Source of the DNA: Negativicutes bacterium
GTDB lineage: Bacteria > Bacillota > Negativicutes > UBA1444
Assembly: GCA_963665275.2 (NCBI GenBank)
Contig: CAXXIN010000009.1
Span: 1-64,000 of the forward strand
Direction of reading: 5' to 3'
Length of the DNA: 64,000 bases
The translations under genes were made by a program, and so were the position numbers. Under the pieces are notes generated by a model. The model saw only the letters and a program-made list of their open reading frames with translations, ran no database searches and was not told the DNA's origin. Positions 8,593 to 18,604 of this stretch are shown here, one piece after another. Each line of letters begins with the position of its first letter. Position 1 is the first letter of the stretch.

Positions 8593-9660
8593 TTGGCAGA
8601 AAAAATCCTGATGAAGGGAAATGAGGCAATCGGCGAAGCAGCTGTCGTAGCAGGATGCAGGCACTATTTCGGATATCCGATAACACCTCAGAGTGAACTG
8701 ATCGAGTATATGGCCAAACGCATGCCCCAGGTTGATGGAGTCTTTCTTCAGGCTGAAAGTGAAATTTCAGCCATTAATATGGTTTATGGCGCCGCTGCCG
8801 CAGGCTGCCGTGTTATGACCTCTTCATCGAGTCCGGGTATCAGCTTGAAACAGGAAGGAATTTCCTACATTGCCGGTTCGCAGCTGCCGTGTGTAATTGT
8901 CAACATGCAGCGTGGCGGTCCGGGACTGGGCAGTATCCAACCAGGACAAGCCGATTATTTCCAGGCTACGAAGGGCGGCGGACACGGCGATTATCGCAAT
9001 ATCGTTATTGCTCCCAATTCTGTACAGGAAATGGCGGATCTCACGATTCAGTCCTTCGATATTGCAGATAAATGGCGCAACGCAGTCATGATTTTGGGCG
9101 ATGGTGCGCTCGGTCAAATGATGGAACCCGTTGAGTTCAAAGAAAGCAATGCAACCCCTGTGGAAAAACCATGGGCCGCAACCGGTCTACGGGGTCGAAA
9201 AGAGCACAACGTCATTAACTCGTTGTTTTTGAAACCGGAGTTGATGGAAAATCACAACCATGTGTTGCAAGACAAGTATGCTAAAATTCAGGAAACCGAA
9301 ACTCGCTGGGAATCATTGCAAACTGAAGATGCTGACGTTATTGTAGTCGCATACGGAATTACCTCCCGCATTGCGCAAACGGCCATGCATCAGGCGCGTT
9401 CCGCCGGTGTAAAAGTTGGAATGCTACGTCCGATTACCCTCTGGCCATTTCCAACACAGCCGATTGCTGAATTGTGCAAAACGGCAAAAACATTCGTTGT
9501 CTTTGAAATGAGTGCGGGGCAGATGGTAGAAGATGTTCGCCTGGCCGTAAATGGGGCTCGCCCAGTTCATTTCCATGGCCGGACTGGTGGAATGTTGCCC
9601 ACGCCGAAAGAACTGTATGAACAAATCATGACTGTCGCGCGCGGCGAAGGAGGAAAATAA
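8593..9660 (+). CDS. vorB: 2-oxoacid:ferredoxin oxidoreductase alpha subunit (VorB-type)
   Basis: [28 protein letters not shown]; TTG start after GGAG. Confidence 0.88.
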   Translation: MAEKILMKGNEAIGEAAVVAGCRHYFGYPITPQSELIEYMAKRMPQVDGVFLQAESEISAINMVYGAAAAGCRVMTSSSSPGISLKQEGISYIAGSQLPCVIVNMQRGGPGLGSIQPGQADYFQATKGGGHGDYRNIVIAPNSVQEMADLTIQSFDIADKWRNAVMILGDGALGQMMEPVEFKESNATPVEKPWAATGLRGRKEHNVINSLFLKPELMENHNHVLQDKYAKIQETETRWESLQTEDADVIVVAYGITSRIAQTAMHQARSAGVKVGMLRPITLWPFPTQPIAELCKTAKTFVVFEMSAGQMVEDVRLAVNGARPVHFHGRTGGMLPTPKELYEQIMTVARGEGGK

Positions 9661-9661
9661 T

Positions 9662-10414
9662 ATGGCGGAAAGAGTTTTTGGCCGCCCTGAGTCATTGGCG
9701 GAAGTTCAAACTCATTACTGTCCCGGTTGCCATCATGGTATCATTCACAGGTTGGTGGCTGAGGCCATCGATGAACTGAAAGTGATGGATAAAACTGTTG
9801 GTATTGCGTCAGTTGGTTGTTCGGCTCTGGCGTATGATTATTTTAATGTTGATATGGTTCAAGCGGCTCATGGTAGAGCGCCTGCTGTTGCTACCGGAGT
9901 AAAACGCACTCACCCGGATGGGGTTGTTTTCACCTATCAGGGCGATGGTGATATCGCCGCAATCGGCACAGCAGAAATTGTCCATGCTGCAGCCAGAGGA
10001 GAAAGAATAACCACTATTTTTGTTAATAATGCCATCTATGGCATGACTGGCGGCCAAATGGCGCCTACCAGCCTTGTTAATCAGGTCACAACCACTTCAC
10101 CCTACGGACGCAAGCTGGAATCAGCCGGAATGCCAATTCGTCTCACCGAAATGCTCGCTACGCTAGATGGAGCAAAATTCTTGGCTCGTGTAGCCGTAAA
10201 TACTCCTGCCAATATGGCCAAAGCAAAAGCGGCTATTAAAAAAGCGTTTGAAATTCAGATCGCCGGAATTGGTTTCAGTATGGTTGAGGTTTTATCCACT
10301 TGTCCGACCAACTGGGGCATGTCACCAATTGAAGCCGCTGGCTGGATGGAAAAAAACATGATGCCGTATTATCCTCTTGGAACTTACAGATCTGTTGAGG
10401 AGGTGGCAAAATGA
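9662..10414 (+). CDS. 2-oxoacid:ferredoxin oxidoreductase beta (TPP-binding) subunit
   Basis: [11 protein letters not shown]...[16 protein letters not shown]. Confidence 0.92.
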   Translation: MAERVFGRPESLAEVQTHYCPGCHHGIIHRLVAEAIDELKVMDKTVGIASVGCSALAYDYFNVDMVQAAHGRAPAVATGVKRTHPDGVVFTYQGDGDIAAIGTAEIVHAAARGERITTIFVNNAIYGMTGGQMAPTSLVNQVTTTSPYGRKLESAGMPIRLTEMLATLDGAKFLARVAVNTPANMAKAKAAIKKAFEIQIAGIGFSMVEVLSTCPTNWGMSPIEAAGWMEKNMMPYYPLGTYRSVEEVAK

Positions 10415-10953
10415 ACCGTGAAATGATTTTTGCCGGCTTCGGCGGTCAGGGTGTCATGCTAATGGGTCAGATTCTGGCTTATGCCGGGATGATGGAAGAA
10501 CAACAAGTATCTTGGTTCCCAGCCTATGGACCCGAAATGCGCGGCGGCACAGCCAACTGCTCTGTCATAATTGGGGACGAACCGGTCGGCACTCCGATTG
10601 TAACGGAACCGAGCGTGGTTGTGGTCATGAACTTGCCATCTCTCGACAAATTTGAGCCGATGTTGTCTAAAGGAGGCACGCTGTTGATCAACAGTTCCCT
10701 GATCGACAAAGCGCCACAGCGCACGGATATCAAAACAATCCTGGTTCCCTGCAATGACATTGCCAAAGAACTGGGCAACATGAAAGTTGCCAACATGGTA
10801 ATGGTCGGAGCGATTATTGCTGCCAGCGGTGTCGTTGCGATTGATTCCGTAATCAAAGTGCTTGCCAAGAAAATCTTCAAAAATAAACCGCAAGTCCTGC
10901 CACTCAATGAACAAGCGATTCGTCGCGGCATGGAGTGCGTCTCAGGAAAATAG
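10411..10953 (+). CDS. 2-oxoacid:ferredoxin oxidoreductase gamma subunit
   Basis: [26 protein letters not shown]. Confidence 0.92.
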   Translation: MNREMIFAGFGGQGVMLMGQILAYAGMMEEQQVSWFPAYGPEMRGGTANCSVIIGDEPVGTPIVTEPSVVVVMNLPSLDKFEPMLSKGGTLLINSSLIDKAPQRTDIKTILVPCNDIAKELGNMKVANMVMVGAIIAASGVVAIDSVIKVLAKKIFKNKPQVLPLNEQAIRRGMECVSGK

Positions 10954-10975
10954 TCTTACTCCCATAATTATTGAC

Positions 10976-11010
10976 GAAACGACTGGAATATTTTCCAGTC
11001 GTTTCTTTTT
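10976..11010 (+). terminator. Intrinsic terminator after the oxidoreductase operon
   Basis: GAAACGACTGGAA ... TTCCAGTCGTTTC followed by TTTTT. Confidence 0.85.
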
Positions 11011-11013
11011 GGC

Positions 11014-11038
11014 AGGATTTTTTCACAATAATGCGAAT
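11014..11038 (+). promoter_or_regulatory. Sigma-H-type promoter
   Basis: GCAGGATTT, AGGA-17 nt-GAAT. Confidence 0.65.
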
Positions 11039-11073
11039 ATTATCTATAAATAGACGGTGAGCTGGAGGTAGGC

Positions 11074-12168
11074 GTGTTTTACGATTGGATGAAGCACCCG
11101 ATGGAAAACGCCACAAGCTTGCAAGATTATGAAGTCGTAATCAATAAATTAATATTCAATCTAACTCTTTTTATCACAGTTTTATTTTCTGTGTATGATT
11201 TATTATTTGCGCCCACCTTAACCATCGGCTTATCATTGGCGCGTTACACGATGCTTGCCGCGATAGCGACGCTACTGATCAAAATCCTGCCGATACAGCT
11301 ACCAATACCATATCGAAGTCTGTTACTTGTATCGACACTAACCCTCTTGATATTGATGCCTGTGGCGACAGATCATTTCTCGCTATTGAACCATTATCTC
11401 CTGTTTGCAATGATTTTTGCAGTTGCGATGTATTTTCATACCGGAATCCTTGTAGCCTACGGCATATTCTTGAATTTGGTCCTTATACTAGTAGGCGCAA
11501 TGTACCCTGCGAGAATACTGGGGCCAGAGGAAAATTTCAGAAACGCATTTGCAATTTTCTTCCTGCTCAATGGCATTTTTTTGCTTCTTTTTTATGTCAT
11601 GCAGTGGGTGCGGTTCGTACTGAATGAGACTCTGCATAATTCAGATCGTTTGACCCATATAACTGTTAGTGATTCGCTAGCCGATGTGCCAAATCGCGCA
11701 CATTTAATTGCGCACCTGACCAATGATATTTTGATTGCCGAAAACCAAAATACATTATTAGCAGTCGCTGCGATGGATATTGATAATTTTAAAGAACTCA
11801 ACAATTTATTCGGGCGTCAGGCCGGTGACCTTTTTCTCGCAAAAATAGCTGAACGCATTCAGCTATTTACTCGTTCGACCGATATTGTTGCACGTATGGA
11901 CGGAGATGAATTCGCCATCGTTCTTACAGGTCTTCGCGAACCAGCGGATGCCATTATTCAAATGAACCGGATTATTGACAATCTGTCGATACCGCACCCC
12001 TTTCAAAAACAAAGAATCAAAATAAACGTCAGCATCGGTTTGGCTTTTTACCCTCGAGATGGTACAGATTCAAAAACGCTAATGATTGCGGCAAACGAAG
12101 CAATGTTCAGCGCAAAACGCAATGGAAAAAACTGTTTGAGGATCTTCGGTGAACTATCTAATCCATGA
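11074..12168 (+). CDS. Multi-pass membrane protein with a degenerate GGDEF domain (DGDEF)
   Basis: About six hydrophobic segments, then DIDNFK, AGD, RSTD I-site, RMDGDEF, SIG. Confidence 0.88.
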   Translation: MFYDWMKHPMENATSLQDYEVVINKLIFNLTLFITVLFSVYDLLFAPTLTIGLSLARYTMLAAIATLLIKILPIQLPIPYRSLLLVSTLTLLILMPVATDHFSLLNHYLLFAMIFAVAMYFHTGILVAYGIFLNLVLILVGAMYPARILGPEENFRNAFAIFFLLNGIFLLLFYVMQWVRFVLNETLHNSDRLTHITVSDSLADVPNRAHLIAHLTNDILIAENQNTLLAVAAMDIDNFKELNNLFGRQAGDLFLAKIAERIQLFTRSTDIVARMDGDEFAIVLTGLREPADAIIQMNRIIDNLSIPHPFQKQRIKINVSIGLAFYPRDGTDSKTLMIAANEAMFSAKRNGKNCLRIFGELSNP

Positions 12169-12185
12169 GCAAAAAATCCTACATT

Positions 12186-12215
12186 CAGACCGGGATGAAT
12201 GCTCGGTCTGTTTTT
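12186..12215 (+). terminator. Intrinsic terminator
   Basis: CAGACCG ... CGGTCTG then TTTTT. Confidence 0.65.
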
Positions 12216-12242
12216 ATTCAGGCATTTTGCTTTGTAAGTTGC

Positions 12243-12268
12243 AGGAAATTCTATTCTTGGCACCGAAA
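12243..12268 (+). promoter_or_regulatory. Sigma-H-type promoter (variant -10)
   Basis: GCAGGAAAT, AGGA-18 nt-GAAA. Confidence 0.5.
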
Positions 12269-12299
12269 CAGATAGCGTAAGGAAAGGCAGGCGATTTTG

Positions 12300-12968
12300 A
12301 TGACTTTTGATTTTCATACACACTCTTTTTTCAGTGATGGTGAACTTTCGCCTATTGAACTGATACGCCGGGCCCACGTCGCCGGATACCGTGCAATTGC
12401 GGTTACCGATCATGTAGGACTTGCCAATATGGAGTCCTTGATCCGGGAAGTGACGCGAGACTGTGCTCTAGCGGAAAAATATTGGGGAATCAAAGCGTTA
12501 CCCGGGGTGGAATTAACTCATGTACCGGCGGCAGCAATCGGAGAATGCGCTAAACAAGCCAAAAGTCTCGGGGCTCGCATCGTTGTGGTCCATGGGGAAA
12601 CCCCTGTAGAGCCTGTTGAGCCAGGGACGAACCGTGCGGCACTCATGTCATCGTACGTTGATATTCTTGCCCATCCAGGCTTCATTACAACGGAAGATGC
12701 CCAGATTGCTGTCGTTAACGACATTTTTCTTGAAGTTACGGCCCGTGGCGGACATTCATTGACCAACGGTCATGTTGTGAAAGTGGGTCTGGCTGTGGGG
12801 GCTAAACTGATTGTCAACAGCGACGCCCATAGTCCTTCCAACATCATGAAAGAGGGATTTGCCGCCAAAGTCGCCCAAGGCGCCGGCATCCCCGTAGAAA
12901 TACTGGAATCTGTGTTGCTGAGCCATCCATTGGAATTGCTCAAACGCCTCGAAAAGAGCGAGCAATAA
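12300..12968 (+). CDS. PHP-family phosphoesterase (histidinol-phosphatase-like domain)
   Basis: DFHTHS..SDG, TDH, GVE, AHPG, NSDAH. Confidence 0.88.
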   Translation: MTFDFHTHSFFSDGELSPIELIRRAHVAGYRAIAVTDHVGLANMESLIREVTRDCALAEKYWGIKALPGVELTHVPAAAIGECAKQAKSLGARIVVVHGETPVEPVEPGTNRAALMSSYVDILAHPGFITTEDAQIAVVNDIFLEVTARGGHSLTNGHVVKVGLAVGAKLIVNSDAHSPSNIMKEGFAAKVAQGAGIPVEILESVLLSHPLELLKRLEKSEQ

Positions 12969-12999
12969 TATTTTCTATGTTGAAAGGAGTTTTTTATTT

Positions 13000-13551
13000 A
13001 TGGTTCCGTTTGCAATTATCGGTTTGATCATTCTCGTTTTAGTTGGCTGGGTAGTTTCTATCTATAACGGTTTGGTCAAATTGCGAAATATGGTCCAGAA
13101 TAGTTGGGCACAAATTGACGTGCAGTTGAAAAGACGTTTTGATCTGGTGCCAAACCTGGTGGAAACCGTTAAGGGATATGCGGCCCATGAAAAAGAAGTG
13201 CTTGAAAATGTCACACGGGCCCGCTCAATGATTCAGTCCGCCCAATCCATGGAACAGCGTCAAGAAGCAGAAAATATGCTTACCAACACATTGCGCTCAC
13301 TGTTTGCCGTGGCGGAAGCTTATCCACAACTGCAGGCAAACCAGAACTTTCTGGAGCTGCAACACGAATTGTCCGACTTGGAAGCCAAAATCGCCTTCGC
13401 CAGGCAGTTTTTCAATGATACAACCATGAAATATAATACGGAAACCCAAACCTTCCCTGCCAACATTCTTGCCGGCATGTTTGGGTTCTTGGCCATGCCT
13501 TATTTTCAGGTCAATGAAGGAGAACGACAGGCAGTGCAGGTCAAGTTCTAA
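13000..13551 (+). CDS. lemA: LemA family protein
   Basis: N-terminal TM, YNGLV, IDVQLKRRFDLVPNLV, EAYPQL, FPANILA. Confidence 0.95.
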   Translation: MVPFAIIGLIILVLVGWVVSIYNGLVKLRNMVQNSWAQIDVQLKRRFDLVPNLVETVKGYAAHEKEVLENVTRARSMIQSAQSMEQRQEAENMLTNTLRSLFAVAEAYPQLQANQNFLELQHELSDLEAKIAFARQFFNDTTMKYNTETQTFPANILAGMFGFLAMPYFQVNEGERQAVQVKF

Positions 13552-13565
13552 GGGGGAAATATCTA

Positions 13566-15464
13566 ATGGGACGTATCTCCAAATCCCTGAAGTTGATTCT
13601 AATAGCGGCTTTTTTATTGGTATCTGCCGTTTCTTTTTTTGATTTCGACAGCGGATTTTTCGGCTCTGAAAACAGATCCTATCAGGAATTGGATTTGCAG
13701 GTGGAAGCCCGCATATTACCTGACGGGAGCATGCTCGTCAGAGAAACACGCATCCTCGAATTTAAAGGGGATTTTTCACGATACAGACGCCAAATTCCAC
13801 ATCAGGGATATGGTCAAATCTTAGAGGTGAAGGCGTCTGAACCGAACCGCCCCTACACTAAAACCAACGATCTAAATGGGCGCCCAGAAGGCCGCTTTGC
13901 CACTTCAAAAGCACAAGTATCGGGTATAGATCAGGACATTATTGAATTGTTTTTTCAAGCTCATGATCAAAAACGGACATTTATCATTGAGTATCGTCTG
14001 ACGGATGTCGTCAAAGTTCACAATGACGTTGCTGAACTGGATTGGAAGTTCATTGGCGCTGGCCGCAGTCTGCCCATAGGATCCATGTCAGTTAACCTCA
14101 CCTTGCCTGAAGGTTCTTCAACCGATGCGCTCAAAGTTTGGGGGCATGGCCCGCTCAAGGGAACTGTTCAGAAAATCAATGGGTCACAATTATCCTGGCA
14201 AACCACTAACTTACCCAAGGATCGATTTTTGGAAGGGCGGGTAGCCTTCCCTCCAACGCTTGTTCCTCAAGCCACAAAACGCACCAACAAAGCTGCATTA
14301 CCAGCAATCTTGGCCGAAGAACAGCGATGGGCTGACCAACGAGCACAGGAACAACGAGAGGCACTCTATATTGTGGCCGGATCGATCGGCGTCGGACTCA
14401 TCGGGATTTTAACCAGTTTTCTTATTTATTTCCTATTCGGACGCAAATATAAATCCGCCATCGAGGTGGAATATTATCGCGAGCTACCGGGAACATATTC
14501 TCCGGCAGAAGCAGGCTGTCTGGTTGAAAACAATGTAATCAAGCCGCAAGCCATCGCAGCCACTTTCATGGATCTTGCCAGGCGAGGTTATCTTCGCATG
14601 GAACCAGCCCACAATTCTGAATCCGAAGACATCCTGGTTCATCATTTAAAGCCTGCCGGTGCAGACTTGGCTCCTCATGAAAGGCTTTTACTCGAGTTCT
14701 TTTTCAATCGCGTCGGAGCGATGCAATCTCAGGTTTGGTTCAGTGCGTTAAAAATTTATCGCAAAGCGGAGCCAGCTGCAACCGCCGCATTTATATCCTC
14801 CTTCCAGAGCTGTGTCAAAACCTCTGTCGCAGCGATGGGATATTTTCAATCAACCAATCGTGCCAGATCAATCGCAGGAATTGGATTTTGCGTGGGTCTG
14901 GCGGGTTTGATCATTAGCTGGGCGATGGTGTGGTTATATTTTGCCGCTGCTTTTGCGGTAGTCTGTGCATCAATGCTGGCGGCATTACTTATTAGCCGTA
15001 GTCTCACCCCAGCCGGACAGCAACAATTCGATCTATGGCAAGCTTTCCGCCGCTTCCTGAAAGATTTTTCGAATCTTGAGCATGCTCAAATACCACAGTT
15101 GATTCTCTGGGAGCATTACCTGGTGTACGCGGTCGTGCTGGGTGTTGCGAAAGAAGTAATCAAGCAATTACCGATCGTATATCCTCAGCTCAATGAACCC
15201 AATAGCAATTTTGCTCCTTACTGGGGTGGAATGTATCATACCAGTTATGGGTCCGACGGTCTTTTGCACCAGACTTCATTCGCTGGGTTGAATTCTTTTT
15301 CTGAAATAGTGGATTCTATGCAAACGACTTGGAGCGATGCGTACAGTTCGCTTGCCGCTTCATCTATCTCATCAATTAGCAACTCCAGCGGTGGTGGTGA
15401 TGGCGGTGGTTTTTCCGGCGGCGGAGGTGGGGGCGGCGGCGGAGGTAGTGGAGATGCTGATTGA
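13566..15464 (+). CDS. DUF2207-type membrane protein with Gly-rich tail
   Basis: Signal anchor, ELDWKFIG, VWGHGP, DLARRGYL, LWEHYLVYAVVLGVA, terminal GGGFSGGGGGGGGGG. Confidence 0.85.
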   Translation: MGRISKSLKLILIAAFLLVSAVSFFDFDSGFFGSENRSYQELDLQVEARILPDGSMLVRETRILEFKGDFSRYRRQIPHQGYGQILEVKASEPNRPYTKTNDLNGRPEGRFATSKAQVSGIDQDIIELFFQAHDQKRTFIIEYRLTDVVKVHNDVAELDWKFIGAGRSLPIGSMSVNLTLPEGSSTDALKVWGHGPLKGTVQKINGSQLSWQTTNLPKDRFLEGRVAFPPTLVPQATKRTNKAALPAILAEEQRWADQRAQEQREALYIVAGSIGVGLIGILTSFLIYFLFGRKYKSAIEVEYYRELPGTYSPAEAGCLVENNVIKPQAIAATFMDLARRGYLRMEPAHNSESEDILVHHLKPAGADLAPHERLLLEFFFNRVGAMQSQVWFSALKIYRKAEPAATAAFISSFQSCVKTSVAAMGYFQSTNRARSIAGIGFCVGLAGLIISWAMVWLYFAAAFAVVCASMLAALLISRSLTPAGQQQFDLWQAFRRFLKDFSNLEHAQIPQLILWEHYLVYAVVLGVAKEVIKQLPIVYPQLNEPNSNFAPYWGGMYHTSYGSDGLLHQTSFAGLNSFSEIVDSMQTTWSDAYSSLAASSISSISNSSGGGDGGGFSGGGGGGGGGGSGDAD

Positions 15465-15535
15465 CACCGTGAATTGATCCAATAAACTGCACCCTATGAG
15501 TATTGCTATTTGAAAGGAAAGGCAGGGATTATCAA

Positions 15536-16315
15536 ATGATATGCCAACGCTGCGGAAGGGATACTCCGCCTGAGTATAGCTATTGTCAGGCATGCGGAAG
15601 TCCGATGAGCGGCAACCAGTATCCGCCACCAATGCCTGGTTATCCACAAGTAGCAGGAAACTATGGACCTGTCAACTTTGCCGGTATCGGAGCACGTTTC
15701 ATGGCGGCATTGATCGACGGGGTAGTGATCGGCATTCCAATCGGGATCATTTCTACGGCGTTGAGCGCTATGATGGCGGCCCGTGTGATCCATCGCACCA
15801 GCCGGGATACGTCCTTTAATCCTGGCATGGCGGCCGAGGCCATGGGAACTTTCTTTGCCGGATTTGGATTTATCATGATCCTATCTGTCGTATTGTCCTG
15901 GGCCTATTTTGCCTTGATGGAAAGTTCGAGATGGCAGGGTACTCTTGGTAAAAAAGCGATGGGGATCCGTGTAACTGATCTCAACGGCGCTCGCATTACT
16001 CTGGGACGGGCCACAATCCGGCTCGCGGTCAAAGCTTTTCTCAGTGGTTGGTTCTTGCTCGGTTACATCATGGCGTTCTTTACACAGAGAAAACAGGCTT
16101 TGCATGATTTGATCGCCGGCACACTTGTCCTGACGACCCAGCTCTACGCAACCGCCACACCGGACGGATATTCCCCGCAGTACCAGCCACCCTCCGCCTC
16201 TACACAACAGCCGCCTTTCTATGTGCCATCTCAGCCTGATTCCCTCTGTTCGAATTGTGGTCAAATGAATCCACCGAATTCGCGATTCTGTACCAATTGT
16301 GGTCATAGTCTATGA
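15536..16315 (+). CDS. RDD-family membrane protein flanked by two zinc-ribbon domains
   Basis: CxxC..CxxC at both termini; RFMAALID, QGTLGK, KQALHDLIAGT; Pro/Tyr/Gln linkers. Confidence 0.88.
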   Translation: MICQRCGRDTPPEYSYCQACGSPMSGNQYPPPMPGYPQVAGNYGPVNFAGIGARFMAALIDGVVIGIPIGIISTALSAMMAARVIHRTSRDTSFNPGMAAEAMGTFFAGFGFIMILSVVLSWAYFALMESSRWQGTLGKKAMGIRVTDLNGARITLGRATIRLAVKAFLSGWFLLGYIMAFFTQRKQALHDLIAGTLVLTTQLYATATPDGYSPQYQPPSASTQQPPFYVPSQPDSLCSNCGQMNPPNSRFCTNCGHSL

Positions 16316-16366
16316 TCAAGGCCCGACATTCTGCTGCAACCTCCTGCAGAATGTCCTATAGAATGC

Positions 16367-16391
16367 AGGAATGCAGGGTATTGTGTAGAAT
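16367..16391 (+). promoter_or_regulatory. Sigma-H-type promoter
   Basis: GCAGGA, AGGA-17 nt-GAAT, upstream of the phosphofructokinase gene. Confidence 0.6.
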
Positions 16392-16448
16392 AAATAAAAA
16401 CATTACGCAATTATAATTTTACGTATGACAGAGAGGACGTGAATATTG

Positions 16449-17687
16449 ATGTTTGAAGAAAGCAAGCTTCAGGGGAAGGTTCTGGTTGCGCAGGGTGGAG
16501 GCCCCACGGCAGTCATCAATCAGTCGATGGCGGGTGTGGTATTGGAGTCTCGCAAATTTCCCCAGGTTACTCGTGTTTACGGTGCGATCAACGGTGTTAA
16601 AGGAATCGTCAACGAAGATTTTCTCGACCTGACCCAAGAAACCACTCATAATTTGGAGCAAGTAGCGTTGACTCCTTCATCAGCACTATTGTCGACCCGC
16701 GAAAAACCGGATGAAAAATATTGCGATGCCATGTTTGATGTTATGCGAGCGCATGATATTCGCTATTTCTTTTATATCGGTGGAAATGACTCCTCAGATA
16801 CCGTCCGCATCATTAATGAACGTGCTGAAAATGCCAATTATGATTTTAGAGCGATCCATATCCCGAAGACCATTGACAATGATCTGGTCCTTAACGACCA
16901 TACGCCTGGTTATGGATCAGCTGCGCGTTTTGTTGCCCAAGCATTCATTGGAGCCAACCTGGACAATCGAGCCCTGCCAGGGGTATACATTGGCGTCGTA
17001 ATGGGTCGGCACGCTGGTTTCCTTACCGCGGCCTCCGCAATAGCGCAAAAATACCCAACTGACGGTCCCCATTTGATCTATCTTCCCGAACGGCCTTTTG
17101 AAATTGATCAATTTTTAATGGATGTAAAGAAAGTTTATGATCGCTTAGGCTGCTGTGTTATTGCAGTATCCGAAGGGATTCAGGATAAAGATGGTACGCC
17201 GATCATGGCAAAACTCGTGAATTGCCTGGAAAAGGACGACCATGGTAATGTTCAGCTGTCTGGAACCGGGATGTTAGGGGATTTGCTGGCGGAAGAAATC
17301 AAGAATAAGTTGAAAATCAGTCGGGTTCGTTCTGATACATTCGGTTATCTACAACGCTCTTTCTTTGGCTGCGTGTCTGATGTTGACCAACATGAAGCAA
17401 GGGAAGTAGGGGAGAGAGCCGTTCAATTCGCACTTTGGCACAACATGGACGGATCTGTAGTGATGGAACGAACCGGCTACTATTCGGTTGACTATAGACT
17501 GGCACCCTTATCAGATGTTGCAGGAAAAACCCGCCATATGCCGGATGAGTTCATCAATGCTGCCGGTAATCATATCACTGATGATTTCAAGTTTTATCTG
17601 CGTCCCTTGCTCGGTTCCGGGCTCGGCTCAGCTACGCATCTTCGCGCTCCCGTGGCTGAGAAAATTTTAAACAAACAGCGCTATTAG
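16449..17687 (+). CDS. pfp: 6-phosphofructokinase, probably pyrophosphate-dependent
   Basis: QGGGPTAVIN, GGNDS (Asp typical of PPi enzymes), PKTIDND, MGRHAG, GYLQR. Confidence 0.85.
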   Translation: MFEESKLQGKVLVAQGGGPTAVINQSMAGVVLESRKFPQVTRVYGAINGVKGIVNEDFLDLTQETTHNLEQVALTPSSALLSTREKPDEKYCDAMFDVMRAHDIRYFFYIGGNDSSDTVRIINERAENANYDFRAIHIPKTIDNDLVLNDHTPGYGSAARFVAQAFIGANLDNRALPGVYIGVVMGRHAGFLTAASAIAQKYPTDGPHLIYLPERPFEIDQFLMDVKKVYDRLGCCVIAVSEGIQDKDGTPIMAKLVNCLEKDDHGNVQLSGTGMLGDLLAEEIKNKLKISRVRSDTFGYLQRSFFGCVSDVDQHEAREVGERAVQFALWHNMDGSVVMERTGYYSVDYRLAPLSDVAGKTRHMPDEFINAAGNHITDDFKFYLRPLLGSGLGSATHLRAPVAEKILNKQRY

Positions 17688-17701
17688 GGAAAACCCTATC
17701 A

Positions 17702-17756
17702 CAAACAAAAGAGCCTCAGGGAAACAACCGATGTTTTCCTGAGGCTCTTTTGTTTG
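17702..17756. terminator. Bidirectional terminator between convergent genes
   Basis: 19-bp perfect stem CAAACAAAAGAGCCTCAGG / CCTGAGGCTCTTTTGTTTG. Confidence 0.88.
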
Positions 17757-17786
17757 ATATTTTGATTCTGAATGATAATACTGACG

Positions 17787-18509
17787 CTATTCCAATTTTT
17801 TACGCAGATTAATCAAGGCCTGTTGCGCTTCTTTTAGGCGGGCCTGAGACTGAGCGGAGTATTCCTGAGATCGACCGACCCAGTCAGGGTTGGGCGGCGC
17901 TAATGAGAGTTTTCCGTCCAGATAGTCCGACATGATGGATACAGATTTGCTCAAAAGAGAAAGACTTTCCTTAAGAGGAACAAGCACTGCACTAATTTCA
18001 GTTGACGCATCGCGAGGTTGCGTTAACTGAACCAACAGTGCATCGGCGCCTCTTTGAATCGCGCGATAATTCGCAGAAGTCGCCTTGGGATCTCCTGGAA
18101 CATTCACTTTACGGGATTCTTCAAACAAAACTGACGACTTTTGGATAAGAACCGAGAATTGATTATAGTCGCTCTTTAAGGCTGCAGAAGGCGTTTCAGT
18201 TCGTTGCGCTACAGGCTGCAAAGGCGCGGCTGATTGCGTAGCAACAGCCTGCTTACTGGCAGACCCGCCAAAAGAAAATAGCCCTGGCGAAGAAAAATAC
18301 AGAAACGATAACCCGAAAGTACAGAGTATCACAACCAAATAAAGCACAATCCACTTGGTGATAGACGCAGCGGAACGAACTTCACGACGTTTTGCCGGAT
18401 CCGTTGGCAGTGGTTGTATTGAACATAGATACTCAACTTTAGTGCCACAGCTTTGACAAAATTTTTCCCGATGTGGGATCGACTGACCACACTGACTACA
18501 GTAGTGCAA
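17787..18509 (-). CDS. Zinc-ribbon, single-TM hypothetical protein with helical C-terminal domain
   Basis: CSQCG..CQSCG, TM WIVLYLVVILCTFGLSFLYF; probable TTG start at 18509 after GGCGGTG. Confidence 0.75.
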   Translation of the reverse strand: MHYCSQCGQSIPHREKFCQSCGTKVEYLCSIQPLPTDPAKRREVRSAASITKWIVLYLVVILCTFGLSFLYFSSPGLFSFGGSASKQAVATQSAAPLQPVAQRTETPSAALKSDYNQFSVLIQKSSVLFEESRKVNVPGDPKATSANYRAIQRGADALLVQLTQPRDASTEISAVLVPLKESLSLLSKSVSIMSDYLDGKLSLAPPNPDWVGRSQEYSAQSQARLKEAQQALINLRKKLE

Positions 18510-18604
18510 AAACTTAACACCGCCAATCCATAAAAACAATTACTTTATTATTTTATCACGTTAGGCGATTTTCGAGAAGATCAACGATATCGTTCAGATT
18601 AGCT

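Noticed and set aside
15388-15452. GGN-rich tandem-like repeat
   Set aside because: Encodes the usual Gly-rich tail of DUF2207 proteins; not an independent repeat element.
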